Shown one piece after another: positions 22,997-24,000 of a DNA stretch of 24,000 nt. Numbering within the stretch: the first letter of the stretch is position 1; each line of letters begins with the position of its first letter. The DNA is taken from contig OZ255630.1 of NCBI GenBank assembly GCA_965276825.1, forward strand, positions 2,812,411 through 2,836,410, written 5' to 3'. Origin of the DNA: Acidimicrobiales bacterium (GTDB taxonomy: Bacteria > Actinomycetota > Acidimicrobiia > Acidimicrobiales > Palsa-688). The position numbers were made by a program, and so were the translations under genes. A model generated the notes under the pieces. It did no database searches. It was not told where the DNA came from and worked only from the letters and a program-made list of their open reading frames with translations.

Positions 22997-23707
22997 GTGA
23001 CCCTGGCCGCTAACCTCCAGCCCCTTCTAGAGCTCTTTGAGGGTTTCCCCAACGTACTATTCTGCGCTAAGGCACCCGACGGCCACTACCTTGCCGCCAA
23101 CCAAGCTTTCGCTGAGCGAGTCGCATTGAAGAGTTCAGCGCAGGTCGTTGGCCGGTGCGCTCGCGAGCTTTTCCCTGCACCGTTAGCCCGTTCTTACGAT
23201 GCCCAGGATATAGTCGTCCTCAAGACAGCGAGGCCATTGCGCCGATACTTCGAACTCATCACTCAACCAGACGGGACCCTTGGCTGGTATATTACAAACA
23301 AGACAGTTCTTATCGTCGCGCATCCCCCTAGCCAAATTGTCATCGCTACGTCCCTAGATCAGCGCTCTCCTGAGGGGCATGCAGCGATGCAGAGCATCGC
23401 TGACGTCGTTAACTACGTCCGCGACCGACACGCGTCACACATCACCGTCAAAGATCTGGCGTGCATCGCAGGCATATCCCCGACTCTGCTAGAGCGCAGA
23501 ATGCGTCGGCTCCTCGGTGTGGCCCCTATCCAACTCGTCCAGCGTGTCCGCGTAGAGGAGGCCGCCTACCGCCTAATCGCTACCGACGACACGATACGGG
23601 AGATTGCCATAGCCTGCGGTTTCTTCGATCAGCCCTCGATGACGCGGCACATGAAACACATGCTTGGTATAACCCCAGGTAGGTTAAGACGCTCCACTGA
23701 AGCGTGA
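22997..23707 (+). CDS. PAS-domain AraC-family transcriptional regulator
   Basis: N-terminal PAS-like LLELFEGFPNVLFCAKAPDGHYLAANQAFAERVALKSSAQVVGRCARELFP...DIVVLKTARP. C-terminal AraC double HTH ITVKDLACIAGISPTLLERRMRRLLGVAPIQLVQRVRVEEAAYRLIATDDTIREIAIACGFFDQPSMTRHMKHMLGITPGRLR. The start is uncertain: GTG 22997 with GAGGA 12 nt upstream, or TTG 22919. Confidence 0.8.
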   Translation: MTLAANLQPLLELFEGFPNVLFCAKAPDGHYLAANQAFAERVALKSSAQVVGRCARELFPAPLARSYDAQDIVVLKTARPLRRYFELITQPDGTLGWYITNKTVLIVAHPPSQIVIATSLDQRSPEGHAAMQSIADVVNYVRDRHASHITVKDLACIAGISPTLLERRMRRLLGVAPIQLVQRVRVEEAAYRLIATDDTIREIAIACGFFDQPSMTRHMKHMLGITPGRLRRSTEA

Positions 23708-23746
23708 ACCTCGCCACCCTTTCGAACCAAGCGAGCGTCATTGATT

Positions 23747-24000
23747 TCACGGTTCCACAATCACGTCCTCTCGCTTGGGCGACCAAGCATCAGCAAAGCA
23801 GCCCATCGAAGAATACTCCCAGTCCGGGGCGACCAAGGAACGTGGCGACGGCGTCGCTCCCCAACCCGACCGACCTTGACGTCGATTAATCCAAACGGTT
23901 GACAAGCCCGCCTGCTTCGCCGGCACATGATCGTGAAACAGGCTTTGGGCCACATGGATTAGCCGTGCTCGGTCGATCCCGGAGCCCTCTACCATAGACA
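23747..24000 (-). CDS. HAD-superfamily hydrolase, haloacid dehalogenase type II-like (partial; 5' end beyond the right edge)
   Basis: GIDRARLIHVAQSLFHDHVPAKQAGLSTVWINRRQGRSGWGATP...PDWEYSSM matches the C-terminal motif IV region (hVA.S.fHD..pA...G..tvWInR) of type II HAD dehalogenases. The frame stays open to position 24000. Confidence 0.7.
   Translation of the reverse strand, partial: SMVEGSGIDRARLIHVAQSLFHDHVPAKQAGLSTVWINRRQGRSGWGATPSPRSLVAPDWEYSSMGCFADAWSPKREDVIVEP

Noticed and set aside
22723-23052. 109-aa minus-strand ORF bridging the IS end and the AraC gene start
   Set aside because: It crosses the IS inverted repeat and has Ser/Arg/Pro-rich translation. A different minus frame in the same place holds the only coding-like remnant.

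Overview
High-GC (visibly about 70%) chromosomal segment, probably Actinomycetota. Positions 1251-15688 are one same-strand, tightly packed locus for a group 1h/5 (Hhy-type, putative high-affinity and O2-tolerant) [NiFe]-hydrogenase. It comprises hypA-hypB, small and large subunits, the HhyE-like NifU/Rieske-fold Fe-S protein, and four translationally coupled genes of unknown function (one a 39-aa membrane micro-protein). These are followed by the maturation endopeptidase, hypC, another unknown gene, and hypF-hypC-hypD-hypE. The most interesting material is this uncharacterised gene block. Next is a 17-bp x3 tandem repeat that chains stop/start (ATGA) junctions through two 6-codon mini-ORFs into hypF. 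The flanks are strikingly decayed. They hold head-to-head FAH and DeoR fragments, a 2 x 70-bp tandem repeat, a glycoside-hydrolase C-terminal remnant and a possible frameshifted remnant. They also hold a NERD-domain pseudogene with an in-frame stop plus a frameshift. From about 18.6 kb the window looks like a degraded mobile or accessory region: an excisionase-like HTH gene, a hicAB toxin-antitoxin pair, a tRNA-Ser(GCU)-like pseudo-tRNA and a drop in GC. It also contains an intact 937-bp IS5-family element with a TTA target duplication, a PAS-AraC regulator and a partial HAD-type dehalogenase gene. No rRNA genes or CRISPR arrays were seen. All family assignments come from reading motifs by eye; no searches were run.
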